Shown: positions 1 to 7,139 of the stretch, one piece after another
How the letters are laid out: every line of letters begins with the position of its first letter
How positions within the stretch are numbered: position 1 is the stretch's first letter
From: a virus
Reading direction: 5' to 3' (one strand)
IMG/VR virus record: IMGVR_UViG_3300045988_125015
Length of the DNA stretch: 36,747 bases
Translations under genes and position numbers: made by a program
Notes under the pieces: model-generated
The model's database searches: none
Told to the model about the DNA's origin: nothing
The model's input: the letters and a program-made list of their open reading frames with translations, nothing else

Positions 1-141
1 TATCCTGATGATGGTGCCGTGAGCACGCCTGGCAGCAATTACTAGGCTGCGAGCAGCACGCCAAAGCCGCCTTTGAGCGGCAGTATCCCGACGCTGTGAT
101 ACACTTGGAAAAGTTCGGGATAATTCACGCCCGGGCTACCA
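1..141. repeat. Terminal direct repeat copy 1 (exact duplicate of 36607..36747); circular-closure overlap
   Basis: Bases 1-141 (tatcctgatgatggtgccgtgagc...cccgggctacca) recur identically at 36607-36747. The unit length is 36606 bp. The repeat contains the 3' end of the recombinase gene. Confidence 0.95.
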
Positions 142-1574
142 CAACTGAGTTTCCCGAACTCTCCATTGGAGGGTTCGGGTTTTTTATTTTCGCAGGTAGG
201 ACGGCATAAAATGAACTGCACCAGCAGGCTCCCGTCCTCATTGACCGTCACTCGGTCGACGAAAGCTGCGACCATCCCGCGAGGGCCGTCCGAGTGGCGC
301 ATTTTGTAAAGCGCGAAAAGGATCATATCTCGGTCGATGAGCGGTGCCCCACGCTTAATCTCATCGAGCTCGGCCTTGAGCGCCGTGAGCTCGTCTTGCA
401 ATCCGTTGATTTTGACCGCCATTCGGTCCGTAGAGCCGAGCTTGCAGGCAAGGTCGATAGCGTTATCAATCTCACGCTCAACGTCCGTTATTCGGTGTCT
501 CAGGGCTTCACGCGCGGCAATCTCCTGTTCGGCGTCTTTGTCCTGACGCGCGAGTACCATATCGACTATACGCTCGTCCAGATCTGGATTCTCGTTTAGC
601 AGGCGCGCGCATGCGCCGATCACCTTGTCCTCAACCTCGTCTCGACGCATCGACACCTTCGTTTTGCGGCAGCGGTAGTAGTGATACTGCTTGCCGTTCT
701 CGCCATACCCGCAATCGCTCTCGAATTGGTTGCCGTTGGCATCATAAATCTTGCCTGACAGCAGATAATCAGCATTCATCTTGCCTCGCCTTTTCCGGCC
801 TCTGGATGCCATATGCGCATGAGCGCTGTCCCAAAGGTCGCGATTGATAATGGACGGCATGCCGTTTTCTTTTCTGAAATCGCCCCAGGTATAGGTGCCG
901 ATGTAGCGCTCGCAATTGAGCAGCCTGCTCACTGCTTCATTGCTAAATTGCCTGCCGGTGACAGTCTTGTAGCCAAGGCCGTTGAGCCTGCGCATGATCT
1001 CGGCTTTTGTCTCGCCGGCAGCGCACATGTCAAACGCCATGCGCACACCTGCCGCCTCGTGTTCATTGATGGCATAGTATCCATCGGCGCCACGGTCATA
1101 CCCAAAAATCGAGACGCCGTTGTGCTTACACTTGATGGCATTTCCCTCCATCCCGCGCTTTACGTTTTGCGCGAGGTTGGCGCTGTAGTATTCAGCCATG
1201 CCCTCAAGCACCGATTCGAGGATGATGCCGTCGGGACCGTCCGGCACCGATTCGGCCGCGGTTACGATCTCAACGCCACACTTACGCAGCTTCGCCTTAT
1301 AGACGGCAGAATCGTAGCGCGAGCGTGCGAAGCGGTCGGTCTTGTAGACGATTACCTTCGTCCAGCGCTGTGCCTGGGCATCGAGAACCATCTTTTGAAA
1401 GCCAGGGCGCCCGGCTGCATTGGTGCCAGATCGCGCCTCGTCCGTATAGGTCTTTACAATCTCAAAGCCATTGGATGTCGCGAATTGGGAGCAGACGCGC
1501 ACTTGGTCCTCAATTGATTCCTCGCGCTGCTTATCTGAACTAAATCTCGCGTAAATTACCGCTTTTTCTGCCAT
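42..1574 (-). CDS. Large serine recombinase (phage integrase type)
   Basis: 510-aa ORF. It has an N-terminal resolvase-type catalytic domain (VIYARFSSDKQ...YKTDRFARS), a recombinase domain, a Cys-rich zinc-ribbon segment (CGYGENGKQYHYYRC) and a long C-terminal coiled coil. It sits next to the repressor genes and the lysis cassette across the circular junction. Confidence 0.9.
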   Translation of the reverse strand: MAEKAVIYARFSSDKQREESIEDQVRVCSQFATSNGFEIVKTYTDEARSGTNAAGRPGFQKMVLDAQAQRWTKVIVYKTDRFARSRYDSAVYKAKLRKCGVEIVTAAESVPDGPDGIILESVLEGMAEYYSANLAQNVKRGMEGNAIKCKHNGVSIFGYDRGADGYYAINEHEAAGVRMAFDMCAAGETKAEIMRRLNGLGYKTVTGRQFSNEAVSRLLNCERYIGTYTWGDFRKENGMPSIINRDLWDSAHAHMASRGRKRRGKMNADYLLSGKIYDANGNQFESDCGYGENGKQYHYYRCRKTKVSMRRDEVEDKVIGACARLLNENPDLDERIVDMVLARQDKDAEQEIAAREALRHRITDVEREIDNAIDLACKLGSTDRMAVKINGLQDELTALKAELDEIKRGAPLIDRDMILFALYKMRHSDGPRGMVAAFVDRVTVNEDGSLLVQFILCRPTCENKKPEPSNGEFGKLSCGSPGVNYPELFQVYHSVGILPLKGGFGVLLAA

Positions 1575-1633
1575 AATGTGATTGTCCGTTCTGCCGTTTG
1601 GGACTGGACTAAAGCTCGCTGAGTCTTGACCAC

Positions 1634-1870
1634 TCAGTGGGCTTTTTTATTAACTTCACTGCTGTCGTACTCAATCTCAATCTGCCTGAATTCTGACGGA
1701 GTCATGCCAAGATTCTCGGCTATATGGACAGCCTTTTCCCATGTTGGGCTTTTCGTTCTGCCACAGACGAGCTTTGAGATGTACTGCACCGTTATCACCT
1801 CGTCGGCAAGGTCAACTGATTTCAGGCCGCGCTCAGCCATCACTCTTTTCAAAGTTTTCCCGAAAGACAT
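1634..1870 (-). CDS. XRE-family helix-turn-helix regulator (repressor paralog 1)
   Basis: 78 aa, MSFGKTLKRVMAERGLKSVDLA...YISKLVCGRTKSPTWEKAVHIAENLGMT, a typical HTH_3/XRE pattern. It is paralogous to the adjacent ORF. Confidence 0.8.
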   Translation of the reverse strand: MSFGKTLKRVMAERGLKSVDLADEVITVQYISKLVCGRTKSPTWEKAVHIAENLGMTPSEFRQIEIEYDSSEVNKKAH

Positions 1871-2094
1871 GATTTATTTGGTTCACCTTCTAATCGAGCT
1901 TCAAGCTCACTGAACTCATCAACGGTCATGCCGAGCGTTTTAATCATCGTCAGAGCCTTTTGCCAAGTTGGATCAGCTATTCGTCCTAAGAGAATCTTTG
2001 ATATATACGATGCGCTTACCTCGTCGCTAACGATATCAGCAGGCTTCAATCCCTTTATCTTAAGAGCTCTATCGAGAGCTTTTGCGAATGACAT
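1849..2094 (-). CDS. XRE-family helix-turn-helix regulator (repressor paralog 2, CI-like position)
   Basis: 81 aa, MSFAKALDRALKIKGLKPADI...YISKILLGRIADPTWQKALTMIKTLGMT. It is the first gene of the leftward operon, has an AAGGAGG RBS, and overlaps the next gene by 22 nt. Confidence 0.8.
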   Translation of the reverse strand: MSFAKALDRALKIKGLKPADIVSDEVSASYISKILLGRIADPTWQKALTMIKTLGMTVDEFSELEARLEGEPNKSCLSGKL

Positions 2095-2229
2095 CCGAGA
2101 CCTCCTTTGCCTAGATATATTTTAGCGCCGAACAAAAAAGTTGCCAATACGACAATTTTCTTATTGAAAAATGTCCAATACGACACTACACTATGTAGTG
2201 TCCAATACGACACTCTGGGAGGTGAGGAC
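2095..2229. promoter_or_regulatory. Divergent early promoter/operator region (genetic switch)
   Basis: Minus strand: TTGGCA (2147..2142), 17 nt, TAAAAT (2124..2119), then RBS AAGGAGG before ATG 2094. Plus strand: TTGAAA (2165..2170), 16 nt, TACACT (2187..2192), then RBS GGGAGG (2217..2222) before ATG 2230. There are three direct copies of CCAATACGACA (2144, 2176, 2202) overlapping the promoter elements, plus the inverted repeat ACACTAC/GTAGTGT at 2183..2201. Confidence 0.65.
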
Positions 2230-2433
2230 ATGGATAGGATTGCTGAAAAGATTGCTGTGTGGCTTCAAAAGACCGGCAATAGCAAGAAGTCGCTCGCAAA
2301 CATGCTCAACATTTCAACAACATCCCTCAACAACAAATTGCGTGGCAAAACGTCTTGGCGTTGGAGGGAGGTCTGCTCGGTCGCTGAAATTGTTGGATGT
2401 GAATTAAGCGACCTTGAGGACGAGGCGGCTTAG
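2230..2433 (+). CDS. Cro-like HTH regulator
   Basis: 67 aa from ATG 2230, which has a good RBS. The sequence MDRIAEKIAVWLQKTGNSKKSLANMLNISTTSLNNKLRGKTSWRWRE fits an HTH. It is divergent from the repressor genes. Confidence 0.75.
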   Translation: MDRIAEKIAVWLQKTGNSKKSLANMLNISTTSLNNKLRGKTSWRWREVCSVAEIVGCELSDLEDEAA

Positions 2434-2442
2434 CCCGCTACC

Positions 2443-2589
2443 TGATCGCCACATCGCGAGGCACGACCTTTTGGCGGTGGTCAGTACGTGTGCCATGTCC
2501 TGCCAATCGCAAGGTGACTCAGCGGCAAGCCGGTTCGCTCCTTTCAACCGGTAGTCAACCTGATGCCGTGCCTCACGATGTGGCGATCA
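2443..2589 (+). repeat. 23-bp inverted repeat pair closing a ~147-nt structured element (candidate ncRNA, put/nut-like element or inverton)
   Basis: tgatcgccacatcgcgaggcacg (2443..2465) is the reverse complement of cgtgcctcacgatgtggcgatca (2567..2589) with one mismatch. Nested helices lie at 2471-2477/2500-2506, 2512-2519/2553-2561 and 2530-2535/2546-2551. The region is non-coding and lies immediately 3' of cro. Confidence 0.85.
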
Positions 2590-2660
2590 ATCTCTAAAAG
2601 AAATGGCCTAGTAGTGCTGCAACACCACCAGGCCGCGGTCAAGGAAAGCTGGTAAGCAAA

Positions 2661-2858
2661 ATGACCAAAGTAATTGTATCATCCGCTGCTTTTTTTGCGC
2701 TTCTGCTCATGGTTGAGCCGATCTGCACGTTCATCGACAGCATGCCGCCTGTGCTCAACATGACTCTCGTCTTTGTCATGGTCGGTGCAATCATGCTCGC
2801 GTTCTATCGCATGATGCGCCGCCAGCTCGAGCTTTGCGAGGGACATTATGAGTGCTGA
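2661..2858 (+). CDS. Small hydrophobic (membrane) protein
   Basis: 65 aa with two hydrophobic stretches (VSSAAFFALLLMV, LVFVMVGAIMLAFY). Confidence 0.5.
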   Translation: MTKVIVSSAAFFALLLMVEPICTFIDSMPPVLNMTLVFVMVGAIMLAFYRMMRRQLELCEGHYEC

Positions 2859-2964
2859 TGAGTTCGCCGAGCGCTTCAAGCGCGAGCTGACCGAGTGGTT
2901 TGCCAAAGACGAGACCCGTAAGGAGTTCGAGCAATGGAAAGCAAGCGGGGAGGTGGCGAGATGA
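2848..2964 (+). CDS. Small hypothetical protein (38 aa)
   Basis: Translated by eye as MSADEFAERFKRELTEWFAKDETRKEFEQWKASGEVAR. It overlaps the upstream stop, and its own stop forms an ATGA overlap with the next start, which indicates translational coupling. Confidence 0.4.
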   Translation: MSADEFAERFKRELTEWFAKDETRKEFEQWKASGEVAR

Positions 2965-3434
2965 GTGAGGATTGCATCCCAGGCTCGTGCAAGCACGAGA
3001 CCTACACGATGCGCACTGTTGCAAATAAGTATCTCTGCAATGGCTGCACTCGTTTGGGTCACGAGATGAGAGTCACGTGCAAAGGCGATGGTTACTGCTT
3101 TTTCGCCGACAAGCGCAACGTTTTCAAGATCACCTCAATCGAGGTCATCGATGAGGGCATGGGCATCTATCGCGAAGCTGTTTTGGCTAACAAGCGAGGC
3201 GATGCCTACCTGATTAAGCATTTCGAGCGTAAGGATGCCATCGAAACGAGGTGGCGCTCTGCCTTTTGCCTCGTATACAGGTACGACTTGGCAAAAGGCC
3301 TTGCGGACACGACTGAGCAGGTGGAGAACGTCAAGAAAATGCCATTCTCCAATTCCGTCGATGAGGTCGTGAGACGGCTTGGAATTAACTACGACAGGCA
3401 CCTGTATAACTATTCGATTCGAGGCGAGCTCTGA
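2961..3434 (+). CDS. Hypothetical protein with Cys-rich N-terminus
   Basis: ATG 2961 is preceded by GGGGAGG. The product is 157 aa, starting MSEDCIPGSCKHETY...CNGCTRLGH. The ORF is in the early operon. Confidence 0.6.
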   Translation: MSEDCIPGSCKHETYTMRTVANKYLCNGCTRLGHEMRVTCKGDGYCFFADKRNVFKITSIEVIDEGMGIYREAVLANKRGDAYLIKHFERKDAIETRWRSAFCLVYRYDLAKGLADTTEQVENVKKMPFSNSVDEVVRRLGINYDRHLYNYSIRGEL

Positions 3435-3658
3435 TGGTTCTCACCGAGAAAGAGCGCAAGGAATTAAAGCTTCAGCTTCGCCCTGTCGTTAAAAGAATGC
3501 TTGATGAGCAGCCTGTTGCAACTGCGATTGCCAATGCGATGCGCAGGAATCCAGATCTGACTTGGTCTGAGCTCGCCAGCGTGTTTTGTGAAGTCATGGG
3601 CTGCTTGCCAATAAATTGCCCCCACTGCGGAAAGAGAATCACAAATGTCGACGAATGA
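3434..3658 (+). CDS. Small zinc-ribbon protein (array member A)
   Basis: 74 aa ending NCPHCGKRITNVDE. It has a TGATG overlap with the upstream gene. Confidence 0.65.
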   Translation: MVLTEKERKELKLQLRPVVKRMLDEQPVATAIANAMRRNPDLTWSELASVFCEVMGCLPINCPHCGKRITNVDE

Positions 3659-3932
3659 TAAGCGAGCGATTGCCAATGAGTTGCGCCGTGTTGCGAATGA
3701 TTCATTGAATGGTGAGAGCTTGCAGCGCGCGCTTGCCAGAATTGCCGATGCCGATGATTCGAGTTGGCGTGGCGTAATGCACCGCCTTGCCGACCTGATT
3801 GAGCCGCCACTCACTTGCAACATCATGGGCGACGACAACTCTTTCATTTGCGAGAAATGCGGTGCCAAGTGGTCTTACGACCTTGGGTTTACGTACTGTC
3901 CGGAATGTGGAGCGGAGGTTACCAATGGCTAG
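3645..3932 (+). CDS. Zinc-ribbon protein (array member B, full three-motif type)
   Basis: 95 aa carrying DKRAIANELRR, RLADLIEPPLTC and CEKCG...YCPECGAEVTNG. Confidence 0.7.
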   Translation: MSTNDKRAIANELRRVANDSLNGESLQRALARIADADDSSWRGVMHRLADLIEPPLTCNIMGDDNSFICEKCGAKWSYDLGFTYCPECGAEVTNG

Positions 3933-4146
3933 TGCTAGAGAACAGCACCTTCCGTATTGCTCGACCGCTGATGTTGTCGTGCTCGATGGTGACGGCAGCA
4001 GGTGGGTGAGAGAGATGACGTGCCATCTCGTCGAGGACGAGGAAGGGCGCACAGCCTGCTCTGAGTGTGGATGCACCGCACTGTACATGCTCGATGCAAC
4101 GTACTGTCCCGACTGCGGATGCAAATTGCAAGGTGGTAGCGAATGA
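3925..4146 (+). CDS. Small zinc-ribbon protein (array member C)
   Basis: ATG 3925 follows GGAGG. The product is 73 aa with CSECG...YCPDCGCKL. The ATG lies inside the Asn-Gly-stop of the upstream gene. Confidence 0.6.
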   Translation: MASAREQHLPYCSTADVVVLDGDGSRWVREMTCHLVEDEEGRTACSECGCTALYMLDATYCPDCGCKLQGGSE

Positions 4147-4412
4147 ACTGCTTTTTCTGCGACGGCCCTCGCGTTGCACCTGTGCACAACATTCCTTTTC
4201 GCAACTCTCCGATTTACTCAATTGGGACTATGACGCTGACGCGCCGCTACGATGGCGAGCTGACTGTCGAGGTCAAAATTGATGACGATGTCGAGTTCGA
4301 TTTTGACAGCGAGTCGGTCGATGGCAGCCTTGCTGCCCATGTAACAGCATCTGGCAGCATCGACCATGTCAAGTACTGCCCGTTTTGCGGAAAGGAGATT
4401 GCCAATGGCTAA
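4143..4412 (+). CDS. Small zinc-ribbon protein (array member D)
   Basis: 89 aa with CFFCDG at the N-terminus and YCPFCGKEIANG at the C-terminus. It has an ATGA overlap with the upstream gene. Confidence 0.6.
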   Translation: MNCFFCDGPRVAPVHNIPFRNSPIYSIGTMTLTRRYDGELTVEVKIDDDVEFDFDSESVDGSLAAHVTASGSIDHVKYCPFCGKEIANG

Positions 4413-4938
4413 CACAGGCAATGGAAGCGAACAGACGTGCGCGACATGCGTCAGTTATGACGGCAGTGCCTGCAAGATTGACGGATTCATTATGGAGACC
4501 AGCGACTTCTCGTGCGAGATGTACAAGGAGCGACCACACTCATCTGACAGTGAGAAGGAGAGCGTTCAACAAGCGATTACCGACAAAGAGCGCCGCGAGA
4601 TCGCCGCGAGTTTGCGCCAAATTCGCAAGAAGATGGACGGCGAGAAGCCTCCACAAATCCCGACTCTTGCCGCAGCTGTCTATCTGGTAAGGATTGCCAA
4701 GGCTGTCAAATGCGGCGAGAGCGGTGCGCTTTTCTATCGCCTGGCCGATTTGATTGACCGACCAACCTGTACCTTTTATGGCACATCCGAGCGGATCAGC
4801 TACGCCTGCTCGAATTGCGGCCAGACCTTCACGCGCAGGCCGCTCATGGCGCACGATTTTGGCAATGTCACTAAGGTTGAGATCCCATTCCGATTCTGTC
4901 CCTACTGCGGTGCAGAGGTGATGACAGATGATGAATGA
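4405..4938 (+). CDS. Zinc-ribbon protein (array member E) fused to an N-terminal Cys4 CxxC..C..CExYKE domain
   Basis: 177 aa. Motifs are TCATC...C...SCEMYKERP, then ERREIAASLRQ, RLADLIDRPTC and CSNCG...FCPYCGAEV. Confidence 0.7.
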   Translation: MANTGNGSEQTCATCVSYDGSACKIDGFIMETSDFSCEMYKERPHSSDSEKESVQQAITDKERREIAASLRQIRKKMDGEKPPQIPTLAAAVYLVRIAKAVKCGESGALFYRLADLIDRPTCTFYGTSERISYACSNCGQTFTRRPLMAHDFGNVTKVEIPFRFCPYCGAEVMTDDE

Positions 4939-5356
4939 TGTGCGCCGCAGGATTGCAGGCAAGTTGCGCGAAAAGTTTGACCTGATTGAAAGTTCGCTTT
5001 TGCATCCTGACGGATCTGAGCCCAACTGGTCTGTCGAAGAACTGTTTGAAGTGCTGGACATCGATTATCCCGAGTGTCTCAGCCCGTGGGAATGCCCTTA
5101 TGACTACATTGCCGACCTCATAGATGTACCTACCTGCAAAGACCTTGTCGAGCACGTACCTGACCCATTCATCCCGACTCAGCGCATGAGGGATGGCTAT
5201 TTCGAGTGCTCGGAATGCGGATGGAATGGACACCTCATGGAGTACATCGGCTTTGGGGACATGGGGGCATTTGAGCCGAAGTATTGCCCGGAATGTGGAA
5301 GGGAGATTTTGAGGAGGGCTAATGGCGCCGAGCGTCGGGCGAGTGACAACCAATGA
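4928..5356 (+). CDS. Zinc-ribbon protein (array member F)
   Basis: 142 aa with VRRRIAGKLRE, YIADLIDVPTC and CSECG...YCPECGREI. Confidence 0.7.
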   Translation: MMNDVRRRIAGKLREKFDLIESSLLHPDGSEPNWSVEELFEVLDIDYPECLSPWECPYDYIADLIDVPTCKDLVEHVPDPFIPTQRMRDGYFECSECGWNGHLMEYIGFGDMGAFEPKYCPECGREILRRANGAERRASDNQ

Positions 5357-5702
5357 GCTTCGCCGAAATGTCGCGGCCAGAATGCGCGAGCTGCTTGATG
5401 AGAACAAATACATCTCGCTTGATGCACTGGTTGTTAGATCAATTGGTGATGACCTGCCAGACGGCATGGGGTATGAGCGGATGCTTGCAGATCTAATCGA
5501 CTCGCCAAAAGCAAGCAGGAAGAGGTTCACGGAAGACGAGCTCCGAGAGCGTCGAAATCGTCAGCATTACGAATCGCTCGTGCGTTGCGGTCACGCATCT
5601 ATTTGCCCAGAGTGTGGCGGCTATACGACTTCCGACAACGGTTATCACATCGGATGCGCCAAGAAAGCTGGCATTCCGATTAAAAGGAGGCACAATGCCT
5701 GA
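5322..5702 (+). CDS. Zinc-ribbon protein (array member G, divergent)
   Basis: 126 aa with TNELRRNVAARMRE, MLADLIDSP and a single ICPECGG knuckle. GAGGAGG RBS. Confidence 0.65.
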   Translation: MAPSVGRVTTNELRRNVAARMRELLDENKYISLDALVVRSIGDDLPDGMGYERMLADLIDSPKASRKRFTEDELRERRNRQHYESLVRCGHASICPECGGYTTSDNGYHIGCAKKAGIPIKRRHNA

Positions 5703-5919
5703 CCCATTCAATCATCCAATCATCTATTTACGCAGGCTCAGGACTCCTACTTGTAAGACGTGCGCCAATTATTCCGTCCGGTTTCTCTAGCCAGCGTGCG
5801 CGTGCGCCAAGTACCTTGAGCACTATAACAGGCTGAATTGCGCGAGCGTGGAATACGCCATTCTCGACGAAGTCCGTGGCACTCGGTTCTGCGAGTACGA
5901 GGAGCGCAAAGATGCTTAG
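5695..5919 (+). pseudogene. Cys4 (CxxC..C..CExYEE) small ORF interrupted by an in-frame TAG at 5788..5790
   Basis: ATG 5695 follows AAAAGGAGG. The frame reads MPDPFNHPIIYLRRLRTPTCKTCANYSVRFL, then TAG, then PACACAKYLEHYNRLNCASVEYAILDEVRGTRFCEYEERKDA, then TAG. Both halves are in one frame and together resemble three other Cys4 ORFs in this genome. Confidence 0.5.
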
Positions 5920-5943
5920 TCACGAGCAGGGCGGTGGTCATCG

Positions 5944-6222
5944 ATGAAGCGGATTAAGTTCGCAAGGCCCGTCGATTGCCCGACGTGCGGCGCGACTCCT
6001 TGCCATCAGAAATGGAAGCCGCGCAAGACGGTGGACGCAAACGAGATGGTCGCGATAGGAGACGCTAACCCCGTCGATGCCGTTCATTGCCGTAGGTGCG
6101 ACCTTGTCTTTCGTGTGGCGCACTTCGAGCACGACGACACATATATCACGAGCTGGGATGAGATTGAGACGATTCCGCGCTACTGCCCGTGGTGCGGCGC
6201 GGAGGTGGTGGACGATGAGTAA
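5944..6222 (+). CDS. Double zinc-ribbon protein (array member H)
   Basis: 92 aa with CPTCG, CRRC and YCPWCGAEVVDDE. Confidence 0.7.
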   Translation: MKRIKFARPVDCPTCGATPCHQKWKPRKTVDANEMVAIGDANPVDAVHCRRCDLVFRVAHFEHDDTYITSWDEIETIPRYCPWCGAEVVDDE

Positions 6223-6466
6223 GCGCAAGGTCGAGCTCTATCTCGTCAACGACTGCGGGGGCGAGTGGGAGGACGCCTGGAATGAGCCGGTCATCGCATT
6301 CGACAATCAGGACGATGCCAAGAAGTGCGCATGCGCTCGTGAGCTGCGCCAAAGTCTCTGTAACTCAGGCTTTGGCTACAGAGACTACTCCGGCTCTTTT
6401 ATCACAGAAATCGATGCCGTCATCGACGATTCAATCTTTGCGCCTAAGGATGTGCGAGATGAATGA
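6215..6466 (+). CDS. Hypothetical acidic protein
   Basis: ATG 6215 overlaps the upstream stop. The product is 83 aa, starting MSKRKVELYLVNDCGGEWEDAWNEPV. Confidence 0.55.
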   Translation: MSKRKVELYLVNDCGGEWEDAWNEPVIAFDNQDDAKKCACARELRQSLCNSGFGYRDYSGSFITEIDAVIDDSIFAPKDVRDE

Positions 6467-6716
6467 CGGGATGGCAATCGAACTGACCGGTGCGAATGGC
6501 GAGAAATGGGAATGCCTTGGCGACATTGCGCCGGCTCAAAGAGCCGATCTGGCTGGATGGCGCGACTGTCAGAAAGATTCCCCAAGCGAAAGCCCGTTCG
6601 CACATGAATCCATCTGGGCTGACAGCGACAGGCCGTGGTATCAGGTGCCTGGACATTCACTGAGCGGCCTGCCGCTTTTATCAGGCAAAACAATCGAAGG
6701 AATTGATTATGAATAA
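6459..6716 (+). CDS. Hypothetical protein
   Basis: ATG 6459 (or 6450) overlaps the upstream stop. The product is about 85 aa, starting MNDGMAIELTGANGEKWECLG. Confidence 0.5.
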   Translation: MNDGMAIELTGANGEKWECLGDIAPAQRADLAGWRDCQKDSPSESPFAHESIWADSDRPWYQVPGHSLSGLPLLSGKTIEGIDYE

Positions 6717-6987
6717 CCAACTGACTCCATGTTACGTGAGCGAGATGCCGGGCGAGCGTGCGCGAGCGCTGCTCATTGACTTTGCGGTTGAGGCCTGGAC
6801 CCATCCGGCCTCGCCTTTTATCAACGGCTTTCCGGCAGGACAAGAGTCTCACCCGCGAGCGATCGTGATGTTTGAGACCGGAGACGTGCGATGCGTTCAC
6901 GTAAATGCCATTCAAGTCATCGGCGCGGAAGGGATTTTCAGTGAGTACGCATTTCCCAAAAACGACGGCTCGACGAGTCCCATTTAA
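6709..6987 (+). CDS. Hypothetical protein
   Basis: ATG 6709 follows GAAGG and forms an ATGAATAA overlap with the upstream stop. The product is 92 aa. Confidence 0.5.
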   Translation: MNNQLTPCYVSEMPGERARALLIDFAVEAWTHPASPFINGFPAGQESHPRAIVMFETGDVRCVHVNAIQVIGAEGIFSEYAFPKNDGSTSPI

Positions 6988-7139
6988 GAGCGAAAGGCCA
7001 GTCGAGACCGATTTCGGCATCGTCAATCTTTTCCTTCACCTAACAGGCAACGACACGATGCCAACGGCTCAAGAGTCCGATTGGCCCAATCACAAGCATC
7101 CATCACCGCCGATGCGCGAGTGGTGGGGATAGGAGATAG

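Noticed and set aside
1-141. The 141-bp terminal repeats as attL/attR or as genuine phage direct terminal repeats
   Set aside because: There is no host DNA outside the repeats. The repeat cuts through the recombinase coding sequence. Serine integrases do not create long duplications. An exact overlap of this kind is best explained by circular assembly closure.
1618-1639. Hairpin cgctgagt/actcagtg followed by T6 on the plus strand, between the integrase and repressor genes, considered as a terminator
   Set aside because: It overlaps the stop codon of the minus-strand repressor gene. The T-run is on the plus strand, where nothing needs terminating except antisense read-through, and on the minus strand there is no U-tract. 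It is kept only as a possible insulator and not called.
5788-5790. Genome-wide TAG reassignment (as in some gut phages) as an explanation for the in-frame TAG
   Set aside because: TAG terminates several well-delimited genes at positions consistent with conserved gene ends and coupled restarts. Examples are 3930..3932, 23306..23308, 23731..23733, 26786..26788 and 19051..19053. Global recoding is therefore unlikely.
5747-5941. Minus-strand 64-aa ORF in the gap between zinc-ribbon genes
   Set aside because: Its translation is Arg-rich and looks antisense. The plus strand carries an RBS-led, family-related frame (5695..5919) that explains the region better.
6385-7026. Minus-strand 213-aa ORF opposite the small early genes
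   Set aside because: Its composition is Arg/Ser-rich and antisense-like. The plus-strand ORFs are linked by overlapping start/stop codons and RBSs.
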